Assembly: GCF_009914755.1 (NCBI RefSeq) | Contig: NC_060936.1 | From: the human T2T-CHM13v2.0 reference genome, Homo sapiens | Direction: 5' to 3' (one strand) | DNA length: 64,000 bases | Shown: in pieces, positions 14,165-26,190 of the stretch | How the letters are laid out: the number at the start of each line of letters is the position of its first letter | Numbering within the stretch: position 1 is the first letter of the stretch | Made by a program: the position numbers and the translations under genes | The notes under the pieces: model-generated | Told to the model about the DNA's origin: nothing | The model's input: the letters and a program-made list of their open reading frames with translations, nothing else | The model's database searches: none

Positions 14165-17100
14165 TTAAAGAAACAATATGGAGTACTGACTTTTATGATA
14201 GGTGTTTAGAAATGAAGAGACAAGCAATTTTCAGATGCTTAAAACAAAAACGGAATAATAATAAAAAGGAGGATTAGAAAGGCCAGAAACATATCCACTG
14301 GTATGTATTGCTGAAGATCATTTCTCATCCAAGATAAGATGCAGATCTTATACTGCTAAAGGTGGTTTTCAATCGAGCCTCCCTTTGCAAAGCACATTCA
14401 CTCAGTCTATGTTCATAATTCCAGATGCGCATGCACACACATCTTTTATTTGTAAAATTAGGTAAAGGATTAGGAATTTACATAGAGAGATATTTATTAA
14501 GCAGCTGTGATATACAAGATTCTGGGACAGAAGTAGTATATTAAACAAATTCATTTGGTAATTCTTACTAGGTCCTCTGAATCATTTGACTGTGAATATT
14601 TTTATATTGTTTACAACTACTGAGGCACAGGCACTTTCTAATACACACTATGCCACCATCTTCCCCATCACCTGTTGTCATATACATAAAGAACGTTTTA
14701 GCTCGCCTTGAAATATTTCTTTCTAGGTGTTTATCCCTAACTCCACTCTCTACAACAAAAGCATACACATAATCTCTATATCCTAGAAGATACCTATATC
14801 TATTTATTTATTAACTTCTCAGCAAATATTTATTGAGCACCTACTCTATGCTGAGTACTGAGGACATAGTGATGAGCAAGACAGACAATCTCATCCCAAG
14901 GCCTTCTAGTTTCTAGTGAAAATGACTGACATACTCCTACAGTTAAGAAATATGATGCTAGGGTGATGTCAGCAAGATGGCAGAATAAAAGGTCCTTATT
15001 GTCCCCCGCCCCCCAGCCCTCACAGAATGCCAATTTAACAACTATATACAGACCAGAATACTTCTGTGAGAACCACAGAATACAATTAAGAAGTTGCAGC
15101 AGCCCCAGAAATCACTGAACAGAGAATGCCTATGTTGAGATGAATAGGAGTAGTAGTTTGATTTTGTCTATGATGCCTCCTCCCCCGAGTCAGCATAGCT
15201 CAGTACCAAGAGAGGTGCTGTTGTTTCTTCATTTCCTCTCTGAAGAAAGGAGAGCACAAGGAGTATAGCCAATGTCATCAGCCTTTTGGGACACTTCCAG
15301 AGAGACCTCTTCTTGTCTTGTCTACCCCAGTATACTGAGGAATTTGTCATAGTTGGAACACCCAAGGGCAGCTAAAATGAAGAGGAGGAACAGGTGACTC
15401 TCAGCACCCTCTTTGTCTCCAGGAGTTGGCAAAGTCCCCGGCATCTACCCAGCTTCTAGCAGCTGCAGGATTTTCAGCAATCATTAAGATCACCAGCAAT
15501 TCTCATGGCCTCCAACAGTCAAATGGCTCCCAAGAGCTGGCATGGATTGCAGCTGCTCTGTGCAGATTGCAGCTTTCCACACAGATCACAACTGATAAAA
15601 GGCCTGTAGCAAAAGGTGCAGCACCCAGAACCCAGCACAGATTATTGTTGTCTGTGTGGATCACAACAGCTGTGTGGCCCCAGAAACCAGGATGGCACCA
15701 GGCACTCTTTGCTGAATAAAGTAGAAGGCATAATTCCTAGGAGAAGGTACAAATCTTGGCAGATGGCACCAATCTTGGCAGACAGTGCAGGTCTGAAAAG
15801 CCAGCATGGCTCTGTGGGATTGGGACAAAGAAAACAATTCTGGTACTTTTATTTCACTATGGAAAGAAAATAGTGGAGCTTGCGCCTAATGTCCCAGCAT
15901 TCCAACGCACAGTCCTTGGGAAAATGCAAGAGTGGCCCTCAATAACCAGCATGGCTCTGTGGGATGGGTAGAAGGTGCAAAATTTTAAGATTTTTTTCCA
16001 CAAGGAAGGAAATGAGTGTAACATGCGCACATATAAAAAAAAATTGAGGCATTCCCAGAATCTGTAGTAAGGCTAATTAGTGAAGGTCTTTCCCTGCCAA
16101 AGCCAGTCTGCAAAGACCAGAAGAGGTGGCTGCTTTTTCACATGAGGAGACATGTAAAGCTACAAGAAACAAGAAAATACAAGGAAATATAATGCTACCA
16201 AATGAACAAAATAAATCTGCAGTAACCCTAAAGAAATGGAAAAATCCAAATTACCTGGAAAAAAAATCAGAATAATTGTCATAATATGTCCAGTGAGCTA
16301 AAGAAGACAGACAACTGAACAAAAATCAAGAAAAATATATAAAGGAAAAATTAGAATATCAGCAAAGAGATAGGAACCACAAAAAAGAACCAATAGAAAT
16401 TCTGAAGCTGAAAATACAATGGCAGAACTGCAAAGTCCAATAGAGGCCTTCAAGAGCAGACTCAATGAAATAAAAAAAAAAATCAGCAAAATCAAAGATA
16501 GGTTATTCAAAATTATCCAGTCAGTGGAACAAATTGAGTGAAGAAAGCCTATGAGACTTATGGCACATCATCAAGTGAACCAATATATTCATTATGGAAG
16601 TCTGAGAAGGAGAATAGAAAGCAAAAAGGACAAAGAGCTTATTTCCAGATATATGATTGACATCTTCATAATTCTGGAAATGGGACATTCAGATTCAGAT
16701 TCATAAGCCTCCAAAATTCAAATAAGATAAATTAATGGAGTCTATACTGGGTCATAAGATAACTAAATTGTCAAAAGTCAGAGTCTAAGAGAAAATTTTT
16801 AAAGAGCAAGATAAAAACACTTTGTCTGGTGCAAGAGAGTCCACCATAAGACTATCGGGAATTTCTCAAGGAAAAACCTTATAGGACGGAATGGAACAGG
16901 AAAACATTTAGGAAATTGAAAGAAAAAAAATTGCTAACCCAGAATTCTGTAACTAGAAAAATTATCTTTTAAAAATGAAAGAGAAGTAAAAATCGTTCCT
17001 GGCAAATAAAAACTAAAAGAGTTGGTCACGATCAGACCTGCGTTATAAGAAATGATAGTGAATTTTTTGACTTGAAATGAAAGGACCCTAAATGACAAAT

Positions 17101-19383
17101 AAACATGTATAAAAGTATAAAACTCAATAAAGAAATTTAAAGTAGAGAATGCTGTACATCTGTAATGATGGTATGCACGCCACTATTCATTTTAGTGTAA
17201 AAGTAAAAAAGACATTAAGGATAACCATAACTACAAAAAGTGTTAATGTATGCATAATATAAATAGATTTAAATTGTGACATTGACAACAAGAAGTGTGG
17301 GGAGAGGAAATATAAAAATGTAAGGTTTTGTATGTGATTGAAATTATCATCAGTTTAAGATAGACTATTATAACGAAGGGATGTTTTTGTAAGTCTCACA
17401 GTAATAAAACAACAACAACAAAATAGAAGATATAAAAGTCAAAAAGAGAAAAAATCAAAGAAATGTCTCTACAAAAAAATAATGAAATACAAAGGAAAGA
17501 GAGGAAAAAAGGAATAAAAAAACTACACAACAAAATAAAACACCGCTCCAGAGAAACCAGTGAATTGATGAATAAATCAAAATAGAAATCAAATAATATA
17601 TTGAGAGAAATGAAAATAAAAACATGACATACTAAAACTTATATGATACAGCAAAACCAGTTGTAAGAGGGAAGTTTATTAATATCTACATTAAAAAAGA
17701 AGAAATAAAATAAACAACCTAGCTCTAGACATCAAGGAACTAGAAAACGAAGAACAAATTATACTCAACATTAGTGGAAGGATGGAAATAATAAAGGTAA
17801 GAGTAGAAGTAAATGAAATAGAGACTATAAAAACAAAATAAAAAATCAACAAAAGTGAAGGCTAATTTTTGAAAAAGATTAAATTAACAAATCTTTAGCT
17901 AAGCTAAGAAAAAAAGAGAGAAGACTCAAATAAAATCAGAAATAAAAGAGGAGACATTACACCTGATGCCAAAGAAATAAAAAAAATCAGAGATTACTAA
18001 GAACAAATATATGCCAACAAATTTGGTAACCTAAATGAAATGGATGAACTCATAGCTACCTACAATTTACTTAAACAAAGCTATGAAAAAATAGAAAATC
18101 TGAACAGACCAATAAGAAGTAAGGAGATTGCATTAGTAATTAACAAAATTACAACAAAGAAAAGCCCAGGACCTGTGGCCTCACTGCTGAATTTCCCCAA
18201 ATATTTGAAGAATAATTAAAAAGAATTATCTTCAAACTCATTCAAAAAATTAAAGTGGTGGGAGCACTTTAAAACTTCACTTTTATTAGGGCAATGTTAT
18301 CCTGATACCAAAGCCAAACAAGTTCACTTATAAAAAAGTAAAATTACAGTTCAATATTTCTGATGAACATAGGTACCTAAGTCTTTAAAATACTTCTACA
18401 TCAAATTCAACAGCACTTTAAAAAGATCATATCACAATCAAGTGAGATTTATGCCTGGGATGCAAGGATGGTTCAGCTTATGCAAATCAATAAATGTGAT
18501 ACATCACATTAATAGAATGAAGGATAAACATATCATCATCTCAATAGAGGCAGAAAAAGCACTTGACATAATTTAACACCCTTTCACGTTAAATAAATTA
18601 GACTCTGAAAGGAATGTACCTGAACACTAAGAAGTCCACTTTTGAAAATCTCACAGCTAATGTTATACTCAGTGGTGAAAAGGCAAAAGCTTTTTCTTTA
18701 AGATAAGAAACAAGACAAGGATGCTCTCTCTCACCAATTATATTCATCATAGTAGTGGAAGTCCTAGTCAGAGCAATTTGGAACAAAGAAAAAAGAAATA
18801 AAAGGAATCTAAATTCAAATTAGAAAGAAATAAAATTATTAATGACATGATTGTATAAATAAGAATGAGGTGACTGTATACATAGGAAAGATGACATGAT
18901 CATATACATAGAAAGATATATGATTATAGATGACATTATAGCATACATAAGAAACCCTAAAGACTGCACCCACACCAAGACACACACAGACACACACATA
19001 CAAACTGCAAGAACTACTAAATTCAGTAAAGTTGCAAGACACAAAATCAACATACAAAAGTCAGTCGTGTTTCTGTATACTAACAATGAACTACCTGAAA
19101 CAGAATTTAAGAAACAATTCTGTTTGCAATAGCATGAAAAATAACAAAATATTAATAAACTTAACCAAGGAGGTGAAAGTCTTATGCACTAAAAACTACA
19201 ATACATTGATGGAAGAAATTACAAACACACACAAATAAGTGAAAAGTCTTCCAGTGTTTACTGACTGGAGAATTTAGTCTTATTTAAAAACATCCATACC
19301 ACTGAAAGTAATCTGCAGATTGAAGGTTGTTCCCAAAAAAATCCCAATGGCATTTCTTACAGATATGGAAAAAAAAAAATCTA

Positions 19384-19686
19384 GGCTGGGTGTGGTGCCT
19401 CATGCCTGTAATCCCAGCACTTTAGGGGGCCGAGACAGGCAGATCACTTGAGGTCAGGAGTTCAGGACCAGTCTGGCCAACATGGTGAAACCTCTGTCTC
19501 TACTAAAAATACAAAACAGCTGGGTATGATGGAGGGTGCCTGTAATCCCAACTACTTAGGAAGCTGAGACAGGAAAATCGCTTGAGCCTGGGAGGAGGAT
19601 GTTGCAGTGAGCTGAGATGGTGCCAATGCATTCCAGTCCAGGCCACAGAGAGAGATGCTGAAAAAAAAGGGGAGAGAGAGAGAAAA

Positions 19687-19750
<64 letters not shown>
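19384..19750 (+). mobile_element. AluS with a tail of about 15 GAAA units, inserted in the L1
   Basis: Alu dimer followed by perfect (GAAA)n at 19689-19748; L1 resumes at ctaaaattcatatggaac. Confidence 0.92.
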
Positions 19751-20791
19751 ATTCTAAAATTCATATGGAACAACAAGAGACCCAGAATCACAAAGTGATC
19801 ATGAGGGAAAAGAACAAAGCTACAGACATCACATTTCCTGATTTCACAATATATTACAAAGCTACACTAATTAAAACAGTGTGGTACTGAAATAAAAGCA
19901 GGGATATAGAATAAAAGCAGTGGAACATAATAGACAGCAGAGAAATAAAACCAGGTATTATACGGTCAACTTCAACAAGGGCACCAAGAATAAACAATAG
20001 GGAAAATACAGTTTCTTCAATAAACGGTCATGTAAAAACTGGATATCCACATTAAAATTCACAAAATTGAAGCCCTGTCTTGCATTATACACAAAAATTA
20101 ACTTAAAGTGAATTAACGACAAATGTAAGAATTTATGTAAAATTCCTAGAAGAGGGCATAGGTGATACAATATGCTTTCATTATATTGGTCTCACTAATG
20201 GTTTCATGGATATGACATCAAAATCACCAGCAACAAAATAAAAATGGACAAGTAGGACTATACCAATCTAAGAAGTTTCTACACAGCAAAGAAAACATTC
20301 AACAGAATGAGAAGGCAACCCACAGAATAGAAGAAAATATTTGCCAATTATTTATCTGATACGGAGTTAATTTACAAAATACATAAGGAACTCCTACAAT
20401 TCAATAGCAAATCAAACAAGGAAATAACTTTCTTTAAAATGGACAAAAGACTTGAAAAGACGTGTTTTCAAAGAAGATATTCGAATGACCAACAACTACA
20501 TGAAAAGGTACTCAACATTCCCAATCATCAGGGACATGAAAACCAAACTACATTGAGATATCACCTCCTGCCTGTTAGGAGAGCTATTATTTTTTAAAAG
20601 ACAACTCTTGGTGAGAATTTGGGCAAAATGAAATGCTTGTACACTCTTGGCTTGAATGTAAAATGGTTGAATCCCTATGAAGTTTCCTCAAAAATTAAGA
20701 ATAGAATCACCATATTGTCATGCCACACCACTTCTGGGTATATATCCAAAAAAATTGAAATGTGAATCTCAAAGAGATATCTGCACTCCCA

Positions 20792-21847
20792 TATCAGGGG
20801 GACCCACCCCCAATAATTCAACATGAGTCCTTTTCTATTTTCCCTAAGTGTCCCAGCCAGTCTGAGAAATAAAGGGAAAGAGTAAAAAGAGAGAAATTTT
20901 TAAAGCTGGGTTTCCGGGGGAGACATCACAAGTCGGCAGGTTCTGTGATGCCCCCCAAGCCGCAAAACCAGCAAGTTTTTATTAGTGATTTTCAAAAGGG
21001 GAGGGAGTGTACAAATAAGGTGTGGGTCACAGAGATCACATGCTTCACATGGTAATAAAATATTACAAGGCAAATGGAGGCAGGGTGAGATCACAGGACC
21101 GGGGCAAAATTAAAATTGCTAATGAAGTTTAAGGCATGCATTGTCATTGATAACATCTTATCAGGAGACAGGGTTTGAGAGCAGACAACCGGTCTGACCA
21201 AAATTTATTAGGTGGGAATTTCCTTGTCCTAATAGGCCTGGGAGCACTACAGAAGACCAGGGCTTATTTCATCCCTTATCTACAACCATAAAAGACAGAC
21301 GTCCCCAGAGCAGCCATTTTAGGGGTCTCCCCCTAGGAACACATTCTCTTTCTCCGGGATGTTCCTTGCTGAGAAAAAGAATTCAGTGATATTTCTCCTA
21401 TTTGCTTTTGAAAGAAGAGAAATATGGCTCTGTTCCACCCAGCTCTTAGGCAGTCAGACCTAATGGTTATCTCCCTTGTTCCCTGAACATCACTGTTATC
21501 CTGTCCTTTTATCAAGGTGCCCAGATTTCATATTGTTTAAACAATTTGTGAAGTTAACGTAATCATCACAGGGTCCTGAGGCGACATACCCTCAGCTTAT
21601 GAAGATGACAGGATTAAGAGATTAAAGACAGGCATAGGAAATCACAAGAATACTGACTGGGGAAGTGATAAGTGTCCATGAAATCTTCTCAATTTATGTT
21701 TGGAGATTGCAGTAAAGACAGGCGTAAGAAATTATTAAAGTATTAATTTGGGGAACTAATAAATGTCCATGACATCTTCACAATTTATATTCTTCTGCCA
21801 TGGCTTCAGCCAGTCCCTCCATTCAGGGTCCCTGACTTCCCACAACA
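20792..21847 (-). mobile_element. MER11 (HERV-K HML-8 group) solo LTR
   Basis: Minus strand starts TGTTGTGGGAAGTCAGGGACCC...GCTGAAGCCATGGCAGAAG; 6-bp TSD CTCCCA at 20786-20791 and 21848-21853. Confidence 0.92.
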
Positions 21848-23439
21848 CTCCCATATTCATTGGAGCACTACTCAAAATAGCCAAGATACAGAAACAAACC
21901 AATCCATCAGCAGACAAATGGGTAAAGAAAATATGGTATGTATACACATTTTAAGACTGAATATCATTCAGTCTTAAAAAAAGAAAATGTTTTTTATTTG
22001 TGACAACATGGATGGATCTTGAAGACATTATGCTATGTAAGATAAGTCAGTCACAGAGGGAAAAATATGGCATAATTTCACTTATATGAGGTAACTAAAC
22101 TAGCCAAACTTATAGAAGGAGAAAAAGGAACGGTGTTGCCAGGGGATGGGAGGAGAGGGAAATGGGTTCAGTGGGCATCAAGTTACAGTTTAATGAGATG
22201 AAAAATCTCTACCGTAAAACAAAGTACCTATAGTTAACACTAAAGTGTGATGTACTTAAAAACATATTAAGAGGGTAGTTCTCATGTTAAGTCTATTTGC
22301 ATTTTCATTTAAGCTGTTATTTTATGTGCTGACAATTAATTGAAAAACTCTACTACTTTTCTTCTTTTCATGTCATTATCAGTGTGCCCCACTGGGCATG
22401 TTTCTATTTCTTCTTCAAAGTTTTGCTTTACAAAGTTTTAATCACTCAAGAAAATTATTTTTTCTGATCTCCTGCAATTTAATCCAACTTTAAGAACCCA
22501 TCTCAAATTACATATGAAATAATTATATGCATATTTCACTAAATTATTTAATGGTAAATTCAATTTCCTAAGATAATTGTAGAAGATAAAATATTGCAAA
22601 CTGTTTTCAACTCTTTCAATTTTTCTACAATGGAAACACCAGACCACACAGAAAATAGACACTTTGATAAATATTTATTTATTCACTCTTCTCGCAACAA
22701 ATGGTTTAAGTATTTTTGTGTGCCAAAAACTATTCTAGAAAAAGAAATATATAGTTAGATAATAATTTAAAAAACCTCTTTCATCATAGATTTTATATCT
22801 TTGTGGGAAGAGACAAACAAGAGATCCATAAATATTTTAATAAATAAACTAGATGTCAGGTAGTGATAAGCAAGACATTATACAACAAATAATGATGAAC
22901 AGTGATTCTTGAGAAAAGAACAAATGAGCTAAGCCATAAGCATAGCCCAGTTTACTGTCTATAGAAAATTTCCAGACTTTGGCACATGCAGGGGAAATCC
23001 AGACACAATTTGGAAGTCTCCCTGAATGAAGGAGATGGAGCTGAGACATGGCTGGTGTTTGTAGAGTAGCAATGTAAAGAAGAGATAGCTGTAATGAAAG
23101 AGAATTCTAGAGAACTTCACAGAGTAATCTCAGAGTCCAGTTGAATACTAATCAGGGCATGGATATGAAGAAACTCTCTGAAACCAGAAAAAGTGCAACC
23201 CGAAAGGATTAGGCAGACCAGCTCTACATGTTTGGGAATAGTGCCTTTCCCAATAGGAAGAATAGAAAACCTCCTAATTCACTGGGCATCAACTAATGTC
23301 ATCCCTCAGTAGTGCAGAAAATTAACTCTTAACTAAATGCTATTCTGGACTTGCCTAACAAAGTTAAAAGCAATAACCAAAATGATCAAACTGATTCTAT
23401 GTACATAGTTGCTTATTGTTCTGTGGATTTTTTTTTTCA

Positions 23440-23790
23440 AATATCTTGAACACTTCACTCCTGACTTCCTTCACATCTTTGCTCACAAGTTATCATGTCA
23501 AAAGGCTCTACCTAACTTGTGTTTAAAGCAGCCATACCTCTCTCTCCCACTCCTACCATGCCTATCCTTCTTGCATGATTAATTTTCCTCTATAATCCCT
23601 AGACACTCATCATTTTCTAACATCCTGTGTAATTCACATGTTTTGTTTATCATTGTGTCTTTCCACTAAAATATAAACTTTATGGGAGTATGGAGTTTTA
23701 CATGTTGTTTACTTCTCTCTCCTCGAATTTTAGAATAAAGCCCTGATCTATAATAGACTGTCAATAAACATCATTGCTTGATTTGATTTT
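23440..23790 (+). mobile_element. L2 3'-end fragment
   Basis: tgtgtctttccactaaaatataaactttatg...tcaataaacatcattgcttga. Confidence 0.6.
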
Positions 23791-24885
23791 GAAGTATGTG
23801 TTCTATGTTTACAAGAGGAAAGATAGATAAAAATAAAAAGAACACACCACACTAATAATATTCAATACCCTGGGAATCATTTGAAGATGATGTAAGTTCT
23901 TTATTTTTGTCCTTTATAACTTTTATATTATTTTCCAACACTTATTAACAGCATGTATCTCTGTGATAACATTATAATAAAACTATTTATTAAAGATAAT
24001 AATACAGTGTCTGTGGTATAATATACACTTTCATGTTATTCAATAAGTATACTACTGGCTCCAACTATGTGCCAGACACTGTGCTAAGGTCCCTGAGAGA
24101 TGGCATTGAACAAAAATCAAAGATACACTGGTTTTTTGGAGGTTGGAGTAATATAATATGGATATACTCACCGCATAATAATTGCAATATTTTTTATTGT
24201 TTATACCCAATACTTTAAATGTTACATTTGTGTTTATTAAAGAAAATGTCAAACTGACTTTCAAATTACCTGGAAGGGGCACAAAGAAGTTTCTGGGATG
24301 TTAGAAATGTTCTATTTCATGATTTGTTGACTGTTTTATAGGTTTAGACATTTGTTAAAACTTACAAAACAGTACACTTAAAATATACATATTGTCGTAT
24401 GTAGGTGATCTTAATGAAAAATACAAAGCTATATATTCTTTCCTCAATTATAACACATGCTATTCTAGAAAATTTGAATGAAGAAATCCATTTTTTAAAT
24501 AAATAATTAACAAAGCCTGTTAATGAGATTTAGGATTTGATTTAGATTGGAAGATAAAGATTTAAAAGATCTTAATAAACATAAGTTTGGAAGTAATTTT
24601 TATAATTCATGTAAGATTCTTGAGCATACAATTCAGCATAATAAACACATTTATAAATAGGAAGTAATTGTTATTATCCTTTGATTACAAAAATATTTCA
24701 TGATCATGTACAGAAAATTTTGGAAAGCACAGAAAGAAAATCATCTAAAGGCTAATAATCTTTTGGCATATTCCTTTGCAAAGATTTTTCTAGATACATT
24801 TATGCATAAATGAAATCACATGGCCTATATTTTTGTATCATGTTTTCATGTTTATAATTATAAATAAAACAGGCATATTCCCATG

Positions 24886-25286
24886 TGTTGGAAAAAGCTG
24901 AATGTTGGGAGGGAAACTGAGGCAAGGCTTGCATACTGTCCTCTGAAATGTGTCTAGACTTGCTGGCTCCTTGCTTCTAGCCCTCCTAGGCTCCTATTTC
25001 CATTACCTCAAGTAGCAAAACATGTTCCATATAAATGCTAAACCGTCACAGCTGTAAATCATGTGCTTAATGCAACCTGCCCTTTTGACCTCCACATTCT
25101 CAGCACCTGTTTCTTTGTTGGATTACCAATAGAGCATGGGCTCCCAGAGCTCGGGGCCTTCGCAGCCTCTGTACAATAGTGATGGCCCCCTAATGTCCCA
25201 CCTTTTTTCTCTCTTTTTCTCAATCCTTTGACTCTGCCCAACTTTGTCACCCCCACGACCTGGTGTTGGGTCTGATCACCCCAACA
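24886..25286 (+). mobile_element. 5' LTR (LTR14 family), 401 bp
   Basis: TGTTGG...CCCCAACA; TATAAA at 25030-25035. Confidence 0.9.
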
Positions 25287-25290
25287 TTCC

Positions 25291-25309
25291 TGGCTGCCCA
25301 ATGTGGGGC
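25291..25309 (+). other. Primer binding site, tRNA-Lys type
   Basis: TGGCTGCCCAATGTGGGGC versus the Lys1,2 PBS TGGCGCCCAACGTGGGGC. Confidence 0.8.
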
Positions 25310-25583
25310 GACAAAGACCCCAGTGAAGGAACACTAGAGCATGTGAAAGCAGAGGACGCATCGTCAAATGAGATAAGTCAGTCACATAGAGGAAAAATAT
25401 GACACAATTTCACTTATATGAGGTATCTAAAATAGACAAACTTGGAGAAAAAGGAACCATATTGTCATGCCACACCACTCCTGGGTATATACCCAAAAAA
25501 ATTGAAACATGAATCTCGGAAATATCTTCACTCCTGAAAGAAGCTCAGCAGGAAAGCTAAGCACTTGAAGAACCAGGGTAACA

Positions 25584-26190
25584 ATGGGACAAAGTGAAAG
25601 CAGACATTCTACTTAACTTAAATTTAAGGCATTTATTATGAAGAGGGGGAGTGAAAGTACTCAAAACTTATCACTCTTCAGTGCAGTAAAGCAGTTTTGT
25701 CCATGGTTCCCAGAACAAGGGACTATGGAGTTGGATGAATGGGAGAGAATTGGCAGACATTTTTTAAAAAAGCATATAAAGATGGGGCAAAAATTCCAGT
25801 CTGGGTTTGGTCAATGTGGGTGCTAATAAAAGTAGCTCTTGAGCCATTTCAAACAGATGACGAGGCAGATTTAGATGAGGAAGAGGACGAGTGTAAAAAA
25901 CTACAGATTCTGAATGTGACGAACAGGAAACTCAAAGAAAGGGAAATAAAGTATGTTTTAACTAGCCTGTCGGCTCCACCTGCTGAATTAAGTGAAACCC
26001 CACCTCCTCTCTCTCCCCTTAATGGGCAAGAAGATGAATTAGCCACAAAACATACTGCTCCCGTAGTTGCAACATTAAAACCTGGAGCAATTGGTGGTCC
26101 TATACAAAATTCTATTCAAAAGGCTAGAGCGAAGGAAGACTTTGAAGCATGGCAATTTCCCCTAACTATAATCCAACAGGGAGGACAGCA
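25584..26190 (+). pseudogene. Betaretroviral (HML) gag matrix region, frameshifted
   Basis: MGQSES start; FCPWFPEQGTMELDEWERIG; KKAYKDGAKIPVWVWSMWVLIKVALEPFQT; IQKARAKEDFEAWQFP. Confidence 0.88.

Larger units (their letters stand above)
14961..22300 (+). mobile_element. Old near-full-length L1 (L1MA-type), degenerate, with an internal deletion in the ORF2 endonuclease region; hosts an Alu and MER11
   Basis: Starts gggtgatgtcagcaagatggcagaata; ORF1-like 16150-17100; ORF2 relics (gggatgcaaggatggttca, ttacaaagctacactaattaaaacagtgtggtactg); 3' UTR to about 22300. Confidence 0.88.
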
